A stretch of DNA of 64,000 nucleotides from Eledone cirrhosa (GCA_964016885.1 OZ024740.1:102858001-102922000); one strand, 5' to 3'; shown: positions 1 to 14,844, counted from the stretch's first letter. Program-made: numbers and translations. Notes: generated from the sequence alone by a model not told the origin.

Positions 1-262
1 TAATAGTGGTATAAGCTCTCTGAACTTTTTCCATCCAGTTCTGACTCTAGCTACTGTACTTTCAGAGCACCCTCCCCCACTGCTGATTTTGTCACCCAGA
101 TAACGGAAGCTGTCCACTATTTCTATAGAACCCTCTGCGCAGTTGAAGGAGCTAGTATTTTGTGGGCACTTGCTGCTACTTATTGCACCAGAGCACCGGC
201 CACATGTAAAATCTATGTTCTTAGTTAGCTTACCTGTGATCCCACTACATCTTTTATGCACA
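1..262 (-). mobile_element. RTE-clade LINE ORF fragment (post-RT region), runs off the window start
   Basis: Minus strand reads [23 protein letters not shown]...[42 protein letters not shown]; FxYLG and ARxxxxWxKFREL are typical RTE motifs. Confidence 0.85.
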
Positions 263-271
263 TATATATAC

Positions 272-302
<31 letters not shown>

Positions 303-309
303 GATATAC

Positions 310-340
<31 letters not shown>

Positions 341-347
341 GATATAC

Positions 348-400
<53 letters not shown>

Positions 401-795
401 CATATAAATATATATATACATATATATACATATATATACATATATATATATATACTTATATATATGCATGCATATAAATATATATATACATATATATACT
501 TATATATATGCATGCATATAAATATATATATACATATATATATGCATATATATATGCATGCATATAAATATATATATATAAATATATATATATACATATA
601 TATATATTGGTAAACGGAATAGAAAATGCTGACAAATTGTTCACAGTGAAAAATAGTTTAATTAGGAATAAGTGAGAATTAGTAATAGTATTGGTTAGTA
701 TTAAGTTTTGGTTTTAAGTTTTACCGGTTGCGCATTTCTAATGCTTTTCAAAAATAATTTTGAGATGGAGCGTCCGTGATGTTTGCTCTAATCTG

Positions 796-871
<76 letters not shown>

Positions 872-1436
872 CATCATCATCATCATTATATATATATATA
901 TGTATGCATACATATACATATATATATATATATATGCATACATATACATACATATATATATATGCATACATATACATACATATATATATATGCATACATA
1001 TATATATATGCATACATATATATATATGCATATGCATACATATACATACATATATATATGCATACATATATATATATGCATACATATATATATATATATA
1101 TATATGCATATATATATATGCATATTCATACATATATATATGCATATGCATACATATATATATATATGCATACATATATATATATATGCATACATATACA
1201 TATATATATGCATACATATACATATATATATGCATACATATACATATATACATACATATGCATATACATACATATGCATATATATACATATACATACATA
1301 TATGGATATATATACATATACATACATGTTTATATATATATATGTATATACATATACATATACATACATGTATATATATGTTTATAAACATATACATGTG
1401 TGTGTGTATGTATGTATGGATATATGTGTGTGTGCA
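262..1436. repeat. Degenerate (TA)n/(TACA)/(TGCA) microsatellite blocks (262-607, 796-1436)
   Basis: Directly visible; explains the YI-rich ORFs. Confidence 0.95.
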
Positions 1437-3719
1437 TAAATATAATTATACACTTATATAGATACTATCACCATAACACTGCCACAGCCATCACCACCCA
1501 CCTCATTCCCACTGCAAAGTCCCTCATCCATCCACACTGATAACACCACCACCACCACCACCACCACTGCCGTTGTCAAGTGAAAAGATTTTTTTACAGA
1601 AAAAGGTTTTCTTTACTGACAGGAAGATGTTAAAACACCTGAACTGTCAAATAACAACAGCAACAACAACAATAGTATGGATAATGGTGGGTGGTACTTG
1701 TGGTGGTGGTGGTGGTGTGATGATGGAAGGGATGGGTGTGTTTTCCTTTCATCATACTCTGGTGCAGTGTGTATGAAACAGTGTGAATAAAACATGATGA
1801 CGATGGTGGTGGTTAGGTGACGGCAGTGATGGTGGTGTTGGTGGTGATAGTGATGGTGCTGGTGATGTTGCTGGTGGTAGTGGTGATGGTGGTAGTGATG
1901 GTGGTAGTGATGGTGGTGCTGCTGGTGGCAGTGTTTCTTTCTATTACACAGTGGTGCACTGTGCACAGCACCAAATGGTGCAATGTGCAATTCACAGTGT
2001 GAATGGCATATTTGATGACAGGGAAAATGGCAATTCAACAAAGTTGTTAGTGTCAGACAATTATTTGTAGGTGTTTTTTCTGACTCTCTGAGCTCCAAGT
2101 TCAAATCCTGTTGAAGTCATTTTTGGTCTTTCATCATTTCCAGTTTGATAAATAAAATACTGGTCCAGAGTGATGAATTGGTAGAATTTTTAGAACATTG
2201 GATGAAGTGCCATGTTGTAATTGTTCCAGCTGTTTATGTTCAAGTTCTACCTAACAAATTAACTTTCCACCAACAGAACTAATCACCCAATTATTGGACT
2301 ACAATTGATTATGAAAGTTGTAATGGATTTTAGAGAATTGTGCAACCAAAGTGATTATTATAATGGAGATAGTGACTGTGGATGTGGGTAGTGGAGATGG
2401 TAGAGGTGGTGATGATGATGATGATGTCAGTGGTGGTTGTGATAGTGATAGTGGTAACAATGACAGTAGTAATGGTGTTACAATGATGATGATGGTCATG
2501 AGAGTAGTGATAATGATGAGGAAGATGGTGATGATATTGGTGAGAAAGGTGATGACAGTGATGGTTGAAGTTATGTTTGAGGTGATAATAATGGTTTCTG
2601 ATTTAGGCATAAGACAAACAATTTAGGGGAGAGGAAAGTTGATTAAATTGATCCTAGTGCGTTACTGGTATTTTATTTTTTCAACCCTGAAAGGATAAAA
2701 AGCAAAGGTAACTTCAGCAAGATTTCAAGTGACAATAATTATGACAAGCATGTTAATGATGATAGTGGTAATGTTAGTCATGGTAATGGTGATGGAAATA
2801 ATGATGATGATGATAAGCAAGATAGAAGTATTGAGAGAGATGTGAGATGGATGATCTTAATCCACATTACCTTGTTCTTAGCAGTATAGCAACTAAAACA
2901 AACCCAAAAGAGTACAAAGGTAGATGCTCTCTTTCCTTCTAATTAAGTAAACATCAGAACTTACCTGAAAAACAGAAAAAAGGTGAAATGAATAATGTTT
3001 GGAAAAATTGGTAAAATTATGCAAATTTGGAACAAGCTTATTTTTTCTTTTTTATTAATCCATGCAAATTTAAATTCAAACTTTAGACTGAAATATCTTC
3101 ATTACATAACAGATAATATTAGATTTCAGTTTTAATAGTTGTAAGTTAATTATTTCACTAAACAGCACATAATTATTGATTTTCAAAGTAGCATTGCAAA
3201 AGATTATAAATGAGAGGAAAAGGAGGAAAATTGCAAGGATTATTAAGTAACAAAAGAAAGGGGCAAGGGGAGAGAGTGACAGCTTCTACACCTAAGTCAG
3301 AGTGGTGTTTCTGCTGCGCTCTGCAGACAAAATGTACAAGGCATCGTTGTGGACAATGACCATTTGATAATTAGTATTTAAAAAATTTGTTGTCACGAAA
3401 AATTCTTTATAATGAGATTGACCTTACACCTTGAGCATGTGGTTGGGGATTGAAAGAAATTTTGTTATACTGAAAAATTTGTTATAATGGTATTCATTAT
3501 AACGGAATTTTACCTGTTTATTCTTGTTAGAAACATTGCCCCACAATGGTTAACCCAACTAAAAGTTCTTACAAATATGAAGGTTGATTATTTAAGTTTA
3601 AACAACACTGCAGGCATGTCAGAGTAACATGTCTAACATTGTGATATTTTATGATTGAGTGACAATATTTGTCAGAGACAGGCAGAAGATCAGTACACAC
3701 ATACATCAGACATACACAA

Positions 3720-4136
3720 AAAAACAAATAAGCATCCAGTTCATCTTGTAAGATGGTGAAACAACAAAAAGCACCCAGTTCACTCTGTACAGTGGTCATG
3801 TTGATAACACAACAAAAAACATCCAATCCACCCTGTAAAGTGGTCTTGCTGGTAACATGGCAAAAAGCACCCAGTTCACCCTGTAAGGTGGTCATACTAG
3901 TGACATGGTGAAAAAGTACCCAGTGCAACCTGACAGTTAGTCATTTTGGTGTCACAATAAAAAGCACCTAGTCCACACTGTAAATGTGATTGGTGTTATG
4001 AAAGCAATAGAAACCAAGCCAAAAAACAGTTCTGTATGAGACAGTCACAGTCACTTGATCTGACTTGTCTCAATAAGACAGCTTATCTAAGCCATGCTAA
4101 CATGGAAAATAGATGTTAAACAGTGATAATGATGAT
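3720..4136 (+). mobile_element. RTE LINE 3' UTR fragment with tandem ~47-bp subrepeats and (GAT)n tail
   Basis: About 6 units of aaaagcacccagttcaccctgtaaggtggtcat...; ends catggaaaatagatgttaaacagtgataatgatg; homologous to the UTR after the RTE ORF end at 56047-56632. Confidence 0.7.
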
Positions 4137-4596
4137 ATATACATCTCTCTCTCTCTCTTTTATATATATATATATATAGTTTGTTAAGGCTGATCCAGGG
4201 CCTGTTACTCTGGAGTTTCCCCTGCATGTTAAAGGTTTTTCAGGAAGTTTTTAACTGTCTCAGGAACTTGTAGCATGTGGCAGAAACTCTAATTGGTGCT
4301 GTTTGTTTGTCTTGCACCTTAGTGGTTCAACTGATAGAGATTAATAAAATAAGTGGTAAATTAAAAGAAAACCCACTGGAGTCAATATAATTGACTAAAA
4401 CTCTTCAAGGCAGTGCCCCAGCATGGCCTCAGTTCAATGACTGAAACTAAAAGAAACCACCCTGGAAGGTGGTTGTGTTGGTGACATGACAAAATGCACC
4501 AAGTCCACCCAGTAAAGTGGTCAATCCTCGCTATCATAAAAAGTGAACAAAATGATGATAATGATGATGTGTGTATATGTATGCATAAACACACAT

Positions 4597-4654
<58 letters not shown>

Positions 4655-4996
4655 CTTTAATGTTTCGGCCAGTATTGGCCCAGGCCATGTCTAACTTAAT
4701 AGCATAAAGGGCAAAAAGGGTTAAGACCCCCTTCAGTCATGAATTACCATGGGATTTATATCTAGAAAGTTCCCCTCCAAGGCACAAGCAAGGATAAGTT
4801 TGTTTGTGGAAGACCAGTAGTCACCCATGTATGCCATCAATGTTGTCCAAGGGAAAGGCAATTCCCTACAGCTGAGGGAACTGGAGCAATGGGAAATAAA
4901 GTGTCTTGCTCAAGTTCACAAAGCATTGCCTAGTCCTGGAATCAAACTCACAACCTCACAATTATGAATCCAACTATATATATCCTCATCATCATG

Positions 4997-5027
<31 letters not shown>

Positions 5028-5167
5028 GTTGGATTCACAATATATATATATATATATCATCACCATTTAACATCCATTTTCCACACTAGCATGGGTTAGA
5101 CAAGTTGCCCCGTTATGAGTCAAGCCAAGTCAGATGACTATGTCTTGCTCATCATTATATATATATA

Positions 5168-5666
5168 CTAACCGAATTACCTGCGCCTTGCTGCGTTTCA
5201 CACATTTTTTTGTAAGAAAATGATGATTGATTTTAAATCAGTGATATAATTTATGGAGAAAAACTCTGCATTTCAATATTACTCAATGTAAAATGTAATG
5301 CATGAAAAATTGGAAAACATTATTTTTTGTAATATATCAAATCAAAATTACATTATTAAATCTTATTCTTATGTTGTTTCTTGTAAATAATTTTTTTCAA
5401 AATATCAATTCAAAACTTTTGTGAATAGGCATCATATCTTGTCATTTACCTATGGTTTAAATTTCATATAAATCGAAGGGAAAAAATTTTCAGCGGGGTT
5501 TTCTGCAGGGATTTTGTGCTCCCAGGGAACCCTTTGATTAAAATGAAATATACTTATCCAACTACGCTGGGCAATGTAATTTCAGAATATATATAGTTAT
5601 GGGGGTCTATCTCCAAAACCATTGGAGGAGTTTGTGAACAAACAAACAAACATATATTTATCTATA
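5168..5666 (-). mobile_element. Non-autonomous Helitron-like element
   Basis: Minus strand starts with a TA-rich end plus (GTTT)n and ends with a GC-rich hairpin-like segment (gcagcaaggcgcagg) shortly before TTAG|T. Confidence 0.5.
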
Positions 5667-6737
5667 AGCAACAAATTGGCAGGGGCATTATAACATTGGA
5701 TAGAATGCCTTGTGGTATTCATTCCCACTGTCTATGCTGAGTAAAATCCCCCCCTCGAGGTAAACTTTATCTTTCATACTATTGGACTGTGGAATGGTGA
5801 AACTATTTAGTGTCAGACAAGATGACTTTGCATTCTGCCTAATTGCTGTAACAGACATTCAAAAGGATCCTTGCCAGCCAGAGTGTCTGGCTGTAAAATA
5901 CTGCATCAGAAAGTCTCATTCAATCCATGCCAGCATGAAAAAGTGGTAATGATGATGATTATAAAGAGAAGAATATGATAATATATATAATTAAATTGGA
6001 TATATGTATATATATATAATCACAGACATGTACATGCATAACATACATATATACATACATATATGCATACATACATATATGCATGCATACATAACATGCA
6101 TGCATACATAACATGCATGCATACATATATAACATACATACATACATATATGCATACATACATAACATGCATGCATACATACATAACATGCATGCATACA
6201 TATATAACATACATACATACATACACTCACAAATAAACTTTAGGAACATCAGCATATGACAGTAAGAATGATTGTTGTGCGATATATAACATATATACAT
6301 GTCCAGCAAGGAGAAAAAGCTGTTAAATGATGATAATACACACACAAACATACCCATACATAAATCAGTATACCCCACTCGCCCACCAGATATGTTGTGA
6401 CTCATTATTTAGCATCACTGGTTTTCCTTAATTATGGAAAAAAAAAACATGACCACCACCACCACCATTGATGGTGCACTTTATCACCATCACCACCACC
6501 ATTGATGGTGCACTTTGCTATCACCCTCACCACGACCACCACCACTACCACCACCATTGATGGTGCACTTTATGATCACCCTTACCAGCACCACTACCAC
6601 CATCATTAATGGTGCACTTTACCATCACCCTCACCACCATCATCACTACCATTATTGATATTATCACACTGTTACCACTATCAGTGCTACAATATCACAA
6701 CATCACCACCATCACCATCACTACCATTATTGACAGT

Positions 6738-6924
6738 GCGGTGAATTGGCAGTATCGGTAGAGGGTCGGACAGGCTTTCCAGCATAGTTACGTCCCTTAA
6801 CGATCTGAGTTCAAATCCCGCCGAGGTTAACTTTGCCTTTCATCCGTACGGGGGTTGATAAAATAAAGTACCAGTAATGTACTGGGTAATTGCTGCCCTT
6901 GTGCCAAATGTAGAAATAATTATT
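6738..6924 (+). mobile_element. tRNA-derived SINE, family S1, full length with TSD
   Basis: A-box-like tggcagtatcgg, B-box gagttcaaatcc, core gttaactttgcctttcatcc...gataaaataaagtaccag; direct repeat attattgacagt at 6726-6737 and 6919-6930. Confidence 0.85.
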
Positions 6925-7059
6925 GACAGTATCACACATCATTATAAATGCCACCACCACCCACATGAACAAAATACTATATCAACACACCACCAAAATT
7001 AACACCACACTGGTATTGAACCACAATTACTACATACATTGAGTTAAAGCCTCACCACA

Positions 7060-7400
7060 ACACACTACACTATACCACACCTCACCAGACCACACTACAC
7101 TACACCACACCACAGCACACTATACCACACCACAGCACACTACACTATACCACACCACAGCACACTACACTATACCACACCACAGCCCACTACACTATAC
7201 CACACCACAGCCCAAACACTATACCACACCACAGCCCACTACACTATACCACACCACAGCCCACAACACTATACCACATCACAGCACACTACACTATACC
7301 TCACCACAACACACTAAACCACATCAAGTTAATGCCACACCTCATCAACACACACCACACCAAACCACACCACACCATGCCACACTAAACCAGACCACAC
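7060..7400. repeat. Minisatellite, ~26-bp unit cacactacactataccacaccacagc
   Basis: Directly visible tandem units. Confidence 0.85.
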
Positions 7401-7739
7401 AACACATGTCTATACAATTGCCACAAGATCAAATATCACTATATGAATGAGCCAAGGAAAGAGCCTCTCTGGGCTATTCAGTCTGCTAGCTATAACAGCC
7501 AAATTATCCTCATACCACATTCTATCATTTGGGAAATAAACTGATATTTTTGGATAATCTAGATACACTATATTTAAAGAAAAAAAATCATAGGATGTTT
7601 ACATATGGAATACTTTTGATTATCCATTTTGGATGACCTGCAACTAAAAATAAAAACAACACTTTATGAACACTGCACTTCACTGCAGCCCAGCTGCAAC
7701 TTTACTTCACTACCACATATCACTTCACTAACAGCACAC

Positions 7740-7845
7740 TACGAGGGTAAGCTGAAAAGTTCATAGGCTGACATTGAAGGAAAAATACTAGAGCTGAGAA
7801 ATCTTGCATGCATTAATTTCAACTCTTCTTATTAATAACTGAAGA
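7740..7845 (+). mobile_element. Mariner-type MITE, truncated copy (one TIR)
   Basis: tacgagggtaagctgaaaagttcataggctgac matches the TIRs of the copies at 11173, 28962 and 58217. Confidence 0.75.
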
Positions 7846-10090
7846 CATTGGTGGTGGTGGTGGTTGGTTGGTTGTAAATTGTAGATATTACCACAGGTAA
7901 TCTGTTGGGTTATCATAAAAGTGTGGTTGGAACATGGTGCCTATTGAAGAGAGGTTACACAAATGAGGTGAGGTGTAGATAAATGTAATGTGATGCAATA
8001 ATTAGACTTGAGATTTTTAACTCATTTCATTCCAAACCACATGAAACTGCCTCTGGTTCTACAATACAAAACTGCTTGTTTTAACTCTTGATACAAACCT
8101 GCCTAAAACCACCTCTGTTTCTATGAAACAAAACCATTCATTTTAAAGTCTGTCTTGAGCCTGAAGACTCATCAAGCCAGTGCCTATCCCAGTTTCTATG
8201 GCATTAAGTGACTGAGAGTATAAGACATCCCACTGGACAGAATGCCATTCCATTATAGGGTTAAATCCCCAGTATACTGAGTATACTGGAGCAACATGAA
8301 ATAAAGTGTTTTGTTCAAAAACACAACATACAACTTAGTCCAGAAATTGAACCCACAACCTTATGATCGTAAATCCAACACACTTATCGCTAGGCTATGC
8401 ACCTCCACCAATTTTAAAGGGTTCCTACTTAAATTAAAACCTTCCAACATAATTTTATATAAAAGCATTTTGTTATGTTACAAATACCATCAATGAAATT
8501 GTCATTTCAGTAAATCCTTTCTAATTTCTTCATTAATTAAAATACAAAATATTTCATTAGAAATATGGTAATGAAAGGGTTGAAGCTTTTATATTTATCT
8601 AAAAACCTACCATCATAATTTTACATAAAGACCTTTGTTAAGTTCTATTCCAAACACTAGCTTAATAATGGAAAAATTAATTATATCACTAAATCCCTCT
8701 AAAGTCTTGGTAATCATTTGTAAAGGGTAGGCAGTGCCTTTCATTAGAAATATGATAATGAAAGGATTAAGGAAATATCATCTTCCTGTATATCAACCTA
8801 TTTCCTTTTTGTTTCTTTTAAAGGAAATTTCATATTACCATCACCATCATCATTACCACAATTATCACCATTAACCGTTACCATATTTCAAGTGAAAGAC
8901 ATTACTTATGATTTACAAATAATTTAAAAGACCTTCAGGAATTTGAAAATCTTTATTAGAATAACTCATTTTCTCATTAAGTTGGTGTTTGGAGCATAAT
9001 TTAAAGATTCTCACATAAAATTACAATGGAAGGTTTTTAGATAAATATAAATACTTTACAAAAGAAAGTTTAGAATCATTGAATCAAGAGGGCAGTTTGG
9101 TATCAACAAGGTTAACATCACCATTGCCACCATCATCATCAATCATCTCACCATGAGAGAAGCAATGCAATTTGAGTGGTGGTCAGCCTGTCAGCTTACT
9201 GGATACAAGGGTACATTTTTTTATATCCTCTTATCGGCTGAAGAAAACTGTCGGGCAGAGCTTCTTGGTTGTTGCAGGTCCAGGTCACTTGGATATAAAT
9301 AATGATGGTGGATCTTCGATTGGTCTCAACAATGAGTATTCAGTCATTCAATTAACTACATACCCGACTCATAAATTAACATGTACCCTTAACGTAATTC
9401 TCAGGCAGAATCAGTGTGAACAAACTATTACAAGGCTAGACCTTTGTACTACAGGTACAGTCTACTAGCTGATAGGCTGCCAAACAGATTCTTTGTACAC
9501 AATTTTGTATGCTTGTATGCATGTATGTATGTACACATGCATGCATGTATGGACCCATAACTCCTGGCAGAGTTGTAAGGACATTTTCAACCTGGTCAAA
9601 TCCATCCCACTCCAGATCTGAACACTGGCTGATTTCTTCCAGTGAAGAAGAGAGTGATAGAAAGGAAACGAGAAAGAGACATGGGGAAGAATTGACCCTA
9701 GTACTAGTCTGGTACTTCTTTTAGTGACCTTGAAAGGATGAAAGGAAATGTTCACCTTGACAGGATTTGAACTCAGAAAGCAGAGAGCGGGAACAAATAC
9801 TACAAAGCATTCTATTCAATGTTGTAACAATTCTGTCAATTTACAGCCTGATAAAACAGTAAAATCATTTAAAAACAGCGAGGATAAAGAACTTGGAGTT
9901 GTTTACAGAGGGAAAGATTTTGCTTTAATATATTGAACTTATACGGTTAATATTATTGAATGAACAAATTAAATGTAACAGATTGCCAAAAATAAAATAA
10001 TGATAACAATAATAATCAAATGAATTAAAGAAGGAAATCAATAAATTTACTGAGAACTACACTGGATAACTTTGAATAAAGGAAATGAAT

Positions 10091-10125
<35 letters not shown>

Positions 10126-10792
10126 GAGGTGGTGATGGAGGGTAATATGTGGGGGATGACATTGTTGGTAGGTAGGTGAAGGTTATGATGGAGGAGATGG
10201 TGGAGGTGTTGATGATACTGCAGGTAGAAGTGATGTTGATGATTGAAGTTGTGATGGGGGTAGTATGTGGGGGTGACATTGTTGGTATAGTTAGTGGTGG
10301 TGATGGTGGAGAATGTGAAGTGGTGGTGGTGGTAATGGTGATGATAGAGTGTCTGTGTTGATGCTAGTGCTTGTGTTGATGCTAGTGATCATCATCACCA
10401 CCATAACCAACATCACCTTCATCATGAACATTAAGTCAATATTTTCCAATAAACCACCCAGAGATTCCAAGGTATTTTGTTTCTGGCAAATTGAAAAGAA
10501 ATCTTTGTGACTCTTCTCATACTGATTCTATTTCCTATTTTATTACGTTGGTAACTTGAGGTTATAGCAAACGGTGCCATGCAATGAGATTTAACCCAAA
10601 ACCACATGGTTGTGAAGCAATTTCCTTAACCTTAGTCATGAATGTAATGATGATAATGATGATGATTTACATACAACTAAAGTAGCTTACTTTAAAAAGA
10701 GTATAGGGTTTGGCACCAGGAATGGCATTCAGCTGTAGAATGTTGCCTCAAAAATCCCTTATTTAACCCATGCCATCATGGAAAAGGACATA

Positions 10793-10828
<36 letters not shown>

Positions 10829-11172
10829 TGGCTGGTGAAGAAAAAGGTATCAAGACATAGAACACATGTCAATATGAGCAAGATATGAACTTTGCAAGTC
10901 ACAGTACAATGTCAGTATGAGCAAGATATGAACTTTGCAAGTCACAGTACAAGCTACTAATTTAGGAGAGCAGTAACATTGAGATATAGGGTAGAGAGTA
11001 CTCAATATTTCTCATCACATGGGATATCCTCTGTAATGCTGGTGGTATGGAAAAATGTGCCCTCTTCACTCTATAAATTGATTGGTGAAAGAAGAGCATC
11101 TAGCCATAGTAAACATACTTTCGGTAGTTAGACTGTGAGGGAAATGATGTTGAAAACAAACCGTTGCAGATA

Positions 11173-11361
11173 TATGAGGGTCAGCTGAAAAGTTCTTAGG
11201 CTGAATATAAAGGAGTGATGCTAGATCTGTGAAATCTTGCATGCAATAATTTCAAGTCTTCTTATTAATAACTGCATTGTTTCTTTACAGGGACTATGTT
11301 GAAAAATAAACCTCATTTAAGTATCTTGGTCAGCTTATGAACTTTTCAGATAAGCCCCGTA
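11173..11361 (+). mobile_element. Mariner-type MITE (~190 bp)
   Basis: TIRs ta-tgagggtcagctgaaaagttcttaggctga / tcagcttatgaacttttcagataagccccg-ta with TA ends. Confidence 0.85.
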
Positions 11362-12450
11362 TATAAGGCTAAGGACAAACTCATTGCATTTTCTTTTAAA
11401 TATAATGTTGATTTAAATTCTAAATCATTATCTGTCAGTGCAAGGAGTGTATGGCAATTGCAAAAAGTAAAAATCTTAGGGAGGCAGTGATGAAGTAATT
11501 TATCCATCAACCATAATGTTAGGCAAGCGGACATCAAGATTTTCGAAGTTAGTATCATATGGTTGTGGTGATTTAGAAATGACAATAGAATTAGTAATGA
11601 AATTAGTAATGAAATGCATCAATTGAGGAAATCAAACCAATCAAGATTTCACAAGTGTATAATGGGGATGAAACTTGGTTGCATTGGCAGTCACTACGGC
11701 AGAATACCCAAGCTTTTAAAAATGAAGCCCCCCTCCCCCCTCCCCCACATCAGGTCCTTGAGTAAGGAACATTTTTCAGTATTGTTTTGCACAATGTGGT
11801 GAAGATGATGCCATATCTGATTTTTTTTAAATGGTCTATCAGTTATCTGTGCAGTATTACCATTCCAAGAAATTATATTTCAAAATATCTTCAATGACCA
11901 GGTTTTCTCACATCATACTTGTGGTGCAGTTGTTACTAATTAAGCACAACATATCTATTCATTCAGGTGATCAATAACTCATCAGTAATGTTATGGGTAC
12001 CATGTAATCCAGCACACCCTACTTCATGGTTCAGTAGTCAGCAACTAAACTGCCCCTCCCCCACCAGACCCTTGATGAGGAGTATAAGTGGAACCCCAAC
12101 AGTACAACAAACAAAAGCTGTTAATAAAAGGGGTGAATGAACTCCTCAGAGTCAATGGCCAACTATGAGTTAAATAGCCTCACTAACCCACAACTGGCCA
12201 ATCATGACATGACAAGACTAAAACCAAACAAAGTGGTAGAGGTCAACAAGGGAGTAGTTCCTCCAACAAGAGTGAGAAGGTCCTGGATTGGATGACAGTA
12301 GAGTAGGGAGTATGTTCCTGCTACCCAACATTATAGCCATAATCCAGACAAGGGATCAGGTACATTTGTAACAGGCAAGAGTTTATACCAACAAAAAGAG
12401 ACAATCTTAGGGAAGACAAATGAGGACAAAGAACTACAACCGTTGTAGAA

Positions 12451-12870
12451 ATGAGCAGCAGCAACAACAACATTAGCCTCAGCAGCAGCAACAACAGCCT
12501 CGGCAGTAGCAGCAATGCCAACAGCCTCAGCAGCAGCAACAACAGCCTCGGCAGTAGCAGCAATGGCAACAGCCTCAGCAGCAACGGCAACAGCCTCAGC
12601 AACAACAACAACCTCAGCAACAAAAACAGCTTCAACAGCCTCAGCAGCAGCAACAACAACAGAAGCCTCAGCCTCAGCAGCAACAACAGCATCAGCTGCA
12701 GCAACAACAACAGCATCAGCTGCAGCCACAGCCTCAACAACAACCTGAACAGCAGCAGCAACAACAACCTAAACAGCACCAGCAACAACACCAGCAGTAA
12801 TAACAACGGCAGCAGCAACAATAACAACAGCAGCAGTAACAAAAGCCTCAGCAACAACAACCTAACAACA
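12451..12870. repeat. Degenerate (CAG/CAA)n tract with cagcct subunits
   Basis: The poly-Gln/Pro frame is interrupted by several TAG/TAA; the listed ORFs are low-complexity. Confidence 0.8.
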
Positions 12871-13767
12871 ATAAGGACAAGAGGAATAGTGGGGCATAAG
12901 TGTGTAATGGAACTCGGAACAGTCAATATTGAATAAGAAGAACAGGTTTCTGTGGCAACAGAGTCTGCATGTGAAGCAGGCAAAAAAAGGGGATTGTTGA
13001 GGGAGGGGGGAAGTAGCAGGTAATGTGTGGTAGAAAGGGAGCAGGGAGGGAGAATCACTGTGGAATGTTTAGGAGCAGGATGGCTGCAATAGTGAGGAGG
13101 AAGAAGATGTCGATAATGGATGTTGCTGTTTCTTAGCTTCGGGTAAACACTAATTGTAAGGAGACCCACGATCAAAGAAAATATTCTAGCCATGACTATA
13201 TACGGATATCTAGGACATTATTTTATGAGTTCTTTATTTTTTTAAAAGACATTAGAAGTATGACTTGAGGGAATTTAGCAGCTATTTCCAGCAGGGTGAA
13301 CGAACGCATAGCGACTCCCTTTGTTGATCTTGGTGGTAATAATGATGAGTTCCATAATGATTTGTGGTGGTGGTGGTGTTGATGTTATTAGTGGGATATT
13401 TTTAAATGAATAAAATTTTATGTTGTCACAATGAAACAAATCTCTCTATTTCTCTCTCATATTAATTATACCCACTCTAAGCAGTTTATGTACTAATTAA
13501 CGTATAGTGTCCACGCTGGGTTGTGAATTCGAATTTACAACAAACAATTTTTGATTTTTGTAAATTAATTGAGTGGACTTTAAGGAATCTAACGGATAGC
13601 TCGTTAAACATATGTGTATGTGTGTGCGAGCGTACGCCTTAATTCAGCCAAACATGTCGTAAAGATGTGGGTGGAAATGGGATAATTTTATTAATATTAT
13701 CTATGATTTTAGTAGATTTGTGCCTAGGTTAGACGAAAATTATAATTATCATCATCATTATTACTAT

Positions 13768-13950
13768 TGGCAGTATCAGTAGAGGGTCGGACACCATGCT
13801 TTCCAGCATAGTTACGTCCCTTTACGATCTGAGTTCAAATCCCGCCGAGGTTAACTTTGCCTTTCATCCTTACGGGGTCGATAAAATAAAGTACCAGTAA
13901 TGCACTGGGTAATTGCTGGCCTTGTGCCTAAAGTAGAAACAATTATTATT
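13768..13950 (+). mobile_element. SINE family S1
   Basis: Near-identical to 6738-6924. Confidence 0.85.
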
Positions 13951-14164
13951 CTTTTACGTGTTCCAGGCGACAGACTGAGGCCATGCTGGGGCACCGCTAT
14001 AAAGATAAAATAATAAATATTGTTGTTGCTGCTCCTGCTGCTGCTACTATTACTACTACTACTACTACTACAACCATGCCGGTAGGTCGTGGGTGTTCTC
14101 ATACTTAATTCTATGTAAACTCACCCACCACCGGTTTTTGTAATGCCACCCCCACATCTGTCGT

Positions 14165-14360
14165 CTGTTTGATAGAGCATCGGACATTACACTTTGCGGC
14201 ATATAGTTAGGTCCCTTTACATTCTGAGTTCAAATCCCGCCGAAGTTAGCTTTACCTTCCATCCGTACAGGGTCGATAAAATAAATTAGTAACGTCGATT
14301 TAATCGATTTTCCCCTCCCAAAAAAATTGTTGGCCTTGTGCCTAATGTAGAAACAATTAT
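14165..14360 (+). mobile_element. SINE family S1-related (longer variant)
   Basis: B-box gagttcaaatcc, core ccttccatccgtacagggtcgataaa, tail ggccttgtgcctaatgtagaaacaatt. Confidence 0.75.
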
Positions 14361-14573
14361 GTCCATTATTATTCATGTTATGTATCACTTACAAGTACAG
14401 CAGATAAACAGTGGTGTAGGCATCTACATCAAAACATTCAAACTTGTACACGAACACATGTACATGTAAAATGTTGCTTAAATGTTCAGCACACACACAC
14501 ACATTTACTGTGTAAATGACTTTTAGGACTAATAATAAATATATCTTTACTCGATGTGTTGTGTATCTAAATT

Positions 14574-14609
<36 letters not shown>

Positions 14610-14672
14610 CATACACATATATATACACACAAATTTATATACAACCCCAGTCATATATATATATATATATAT

Positions 14673-14844
14673 AAATATTTGCTGTAAAGCAATTCGGCGA
14701 AACTGCAGTTGGGACTTTGAAGAAAAAATAGGTATATTTTTGTCCATTATTTCCTCGCATTTTTAATTTGAGATTATATATATATCTTCTTCGCTCACTT
14801 ATTCCTAAGAGGGTCGAGTGGGCAGAGTCCTCAAACACTACCTC

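Noticed and set aside
608-795. Minus strand gaaatgcgcaacc in a segment between TA tracts
   Set aside because: Only suggestive of a palindromic stem III; lacks U16.1 and the 5' core
143-1461. YI/HI-rich ORFs here and at many other loci
   Set aside because: Translations of (TA)n/(CA)n microsatellites
4653-4700. Minus strand ggcc...ggcc GAAA catta next to (TA)n
   Set aside because: Could be a decayed hammerhead, but CTGAnGA and stem I are not recognisable
6738-6820. tRNA gene
   Set aside because: A/B boxes belong to a multi-copy SINE head with TSDs; no cloverleaf
12321-13193. Poly-Leu, poly-Ala and Ser/Asn ORFs, or a poly-Gln exon
   Set aside because: Trinucleotide tract; the Gln frame has multiple stops; no recognisable domain
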